This document shows, piece after piece, positions 31,871-33,247 of a stretch of 33,247 bases of DNA. The stretch's first letter is position 1. Each line of letters starts with the position of its first letter. The notes under the pieces were generated by a model, which saw only the letters and a list, made by a program, of their open reading frames with translations, was not told the DNA's origin and did no database searches. Location: contig JBFJVP010000001.1 of the NCBI GenBank assembly GCA_041624075.1, positions 1-33,247 of the forward strand. Direction: 5' to 3'. Source of the DNA: Thermoplasmatota archaeon (GTDB taxonomy: Archaea; Thermoplasmatota; E2; JACPAO01; JAHFTW01). The translations under genes and the position numbers were made by a program.

Positions 31871-33214
31871 CTACTCGTCGGCCACGATCTCGGCAACCTG
31901 GTGCTGCACCATGTCTCGCTTCTCCTGGTGTTCCTGCAGGAATTGCACCAGCAGACCAGCGGCTTCGGACTTGCAGCCGCCGCACAGCCGTTCACCGCTT
32001 CGGCACTCATCATGCACCTGCTGCAAGTGCGCATCATCGGCGGCAAGGTGGTACAGGTAAGCCTCGTACACCGGACACTTGGTTGGATCGGCTCCCTCAC
32101 GGCGCTGTTCCTCCGCCGTTGCGCGGCCCCCGGTCACGCTACGCATCAGTTTCTTCTTGGCTGCCGCCGGCTCGTCCGTGAGGAAGATGCTGCTGTCCGG
32201 CTTGCTGCTCGACATCTTGTCTCCCGTGAGGCCGGTCATGAACCGGTGGAAGGTAGCCGACGGCCGCACAAACGCCGTACCGCCTTTGCGTGCCTCCGCG
32301 CGCGCCAAGGCCACGTCAAGGTCGCTGACCTCGCGGCGGGTCAGGCGGCGACCGATGGTAATTCGACCATAGGTGTCCTTCCGCGTGGTGCCCGCCCGGG
32401 TGCCGATTCCCAGATCATCGAGCACAGCTTGCGCGATGTCCAGCCAGCGACTCACGTCGTCACTCCCCTTCACAGTGATGACGTGGCTGTCAGGGCTGTC
32501 CTCCGGCACGGCAATGTTGTAGCGCCTCCAGGACTGCGCCACGTCGCGTGTGAGTCGAATATGGGGATCCTGGTCGACTCCCACGGGCACCAAGACGGGG
32601 CGCGGGCCGCCAAAGTCCTCCAGGTGCTGGACGTGCAGGATATCTGCGGCTTGGACCAGCGGCGCCAACACGTGCGCGATGCTCGTTTCCCCACCGAAAC
32701 CATACAGCGCTTGCATCTGCGACCAGTTCACCTTCTGTGCGAACTGATGGGCCAGATCCTTCACGCCGTGACGGCGGGTCTGGAAGTAGATCTCCCCGTT
32801 GTCAGGACTGAGCCCCAACGCCAGGTAGTTGAGCACGTATTGATCGATAGCCAACTCGCGCGCCTTCTCCACTGTGAAACCGCGGGCGGCGACAGCCTCG
32901 TAGTCCGCCACGGCGACGTGCACGTCCGCACCCGCCGCCTGGTGGGCAATGACTTGCTCGATGACCATCTTGTGGCCCAAGTGCATCAAGCCGGAAGGCA
33001 TGAGGCCGGTCATCACAGCCCACGGGTCTCGGTTATTGACCGCGTCACTGACACGGTCAAAGTCACGTTGGCCAAACACCACGCCGCGCCGAAAGAGGTC
33101 GTGCGGCTCATCAAAGACCCCCCACTCATCCGGACCGAAGGCGCCAATGCCAAACTGTTCGCGCAGGCGGCCGTAATCCTGATACTGGGAACTCCCCCAC
33201 GGGTCGATGTGCAC
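31871..33214 (-). CDS. trpS: tryptophanyl-tRNA synthetase, archaeal/eukaryotic type, with an internal insertion
   Basis: 447 aa from GTG 33214 (VHIDPWGSS...). Motifs are HLGH (HIGH), GVDQDPHIRLTRDVA and KMSSSKPDSSIFLTD. The segment TGGRATAEEQRREG...SGERLCGGCK parallels human TrpRS (KMSASDPNSSIFLTD ... SGGRDTIEEHRQFG ... SGAMLTGELKK). Confidence 0.92.
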   Translation of the reverse strand: MHIDPWGSSQYQDYGRLREQFGIGAFGPDEWGVFDEPHDLFRRGVVFGQRDFDRVSDAVNNRDPWAVMTGLMPSGLMHLGHKMVIEQVIAHQAAGADVHVAVADYEAVAARGFTVEKARELAIDQYVLNYLALGLSPDNGEIYFQTRRHGVKDLAHQFAQKVNWSQMQALYGFGGETSIAHVLAPLVQAADILHVQHLEDFGGPRPVLVPVGVDQDPHIRLTRDVAQSWRRYNIAVPEDSPDSHVITVKGSDDVSRWLDIAQAVLDDLGIGTRAGTTRKDTYGRITIGRRLTRREVSDLDVALARAEARKGGTAFVRPSATFHRFMTGLTGDKMSSSKPDSSIFLTDEPAAAKKKLMRSVTGGRATAEEQRREGADPTKCPVYEAYLYHLAADDAHLQQVHDECRSGERLCGGCKSEAAGLLVQFLQEHQEKRDMVQHQVAEIVADE

Positions 33215-33247
33215 GGGGCGGCGGGACGGCCAAGCGCTTGAAAAGCG

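Noticed and set aside
32270-32536. TrpRS insertion, considered as a mini-intein
   Set aside because: At about 88 aa it is too short. It lacks an N-terminal Cys/Ser junction, a C-terminal HN plus Cys/Ser/Thr junction, and intein block motifs.

Overview
High-GC window with 15 of 17 supported genes on the minus strand. No rRNA, tRNA, CRISPR array, transposase or integrase was recognised. Three clues point to a euryarchaeal origin. These are an archaeal/eukaryote-type TrpRS, a DacZ-like diadenylate cyclase, and AT-rich TATA-like boxes ending about 18-24 nt upstream of several start codons, which suggests leaderless mRNAs. The mix of beta-oxidation enzymes and giant surface proteins resembles planktonic marine Euryarchaeota, but that placement is inference only.

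Gene order, left to right:
- an apparently frameshifted lipoprotein;
- a 2-TM membrane protein;
- a thiolase;
- a 1565-aa secreted protein made almost entirely of thrombospondin type-3 (TSP3) Ca-binding repeats;
- an acyl-CoA dehydrogenase;
- four tandem paralogous genes for small secreted four-Cys peptides;
- an FtsX/MacB-type permease with no ATPase partner;
- a DhlA-like haloalkane dehalogenase (plus strand);
- a translationally coupled RimK ATP-grasp ligase and AstE/AspA-like deacylase pair;
- DacZ;
- two paralogous giant surface proteins (1318 and 2901 aa);
- a 427-aa secreted TSP3 protein;
- a transglutaminase-core lipoprotein;
- TrpRS.

The two best candidates for something undescribed are:
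1. The four-gene array of small secreted peptides. All share H-[TN]-C ... VC[ED]G[WY]HG..C.G..L.YGWYG..C[IL]-stop, and the array sits directly downstream of the orphan permease.
2. A C-terminal cassette shared by the two giant surface proteins. It consists of a conserved membrane-proximal module, one TM helix, an acidic Trp-rich cytoplasmic tail and a terminal CxxC...CxxC zinc ribbon.

The long plus-strand ORFs across repeat-rich genes are antisense shadows. All functional calls come from motif reading by eye, with no database search.
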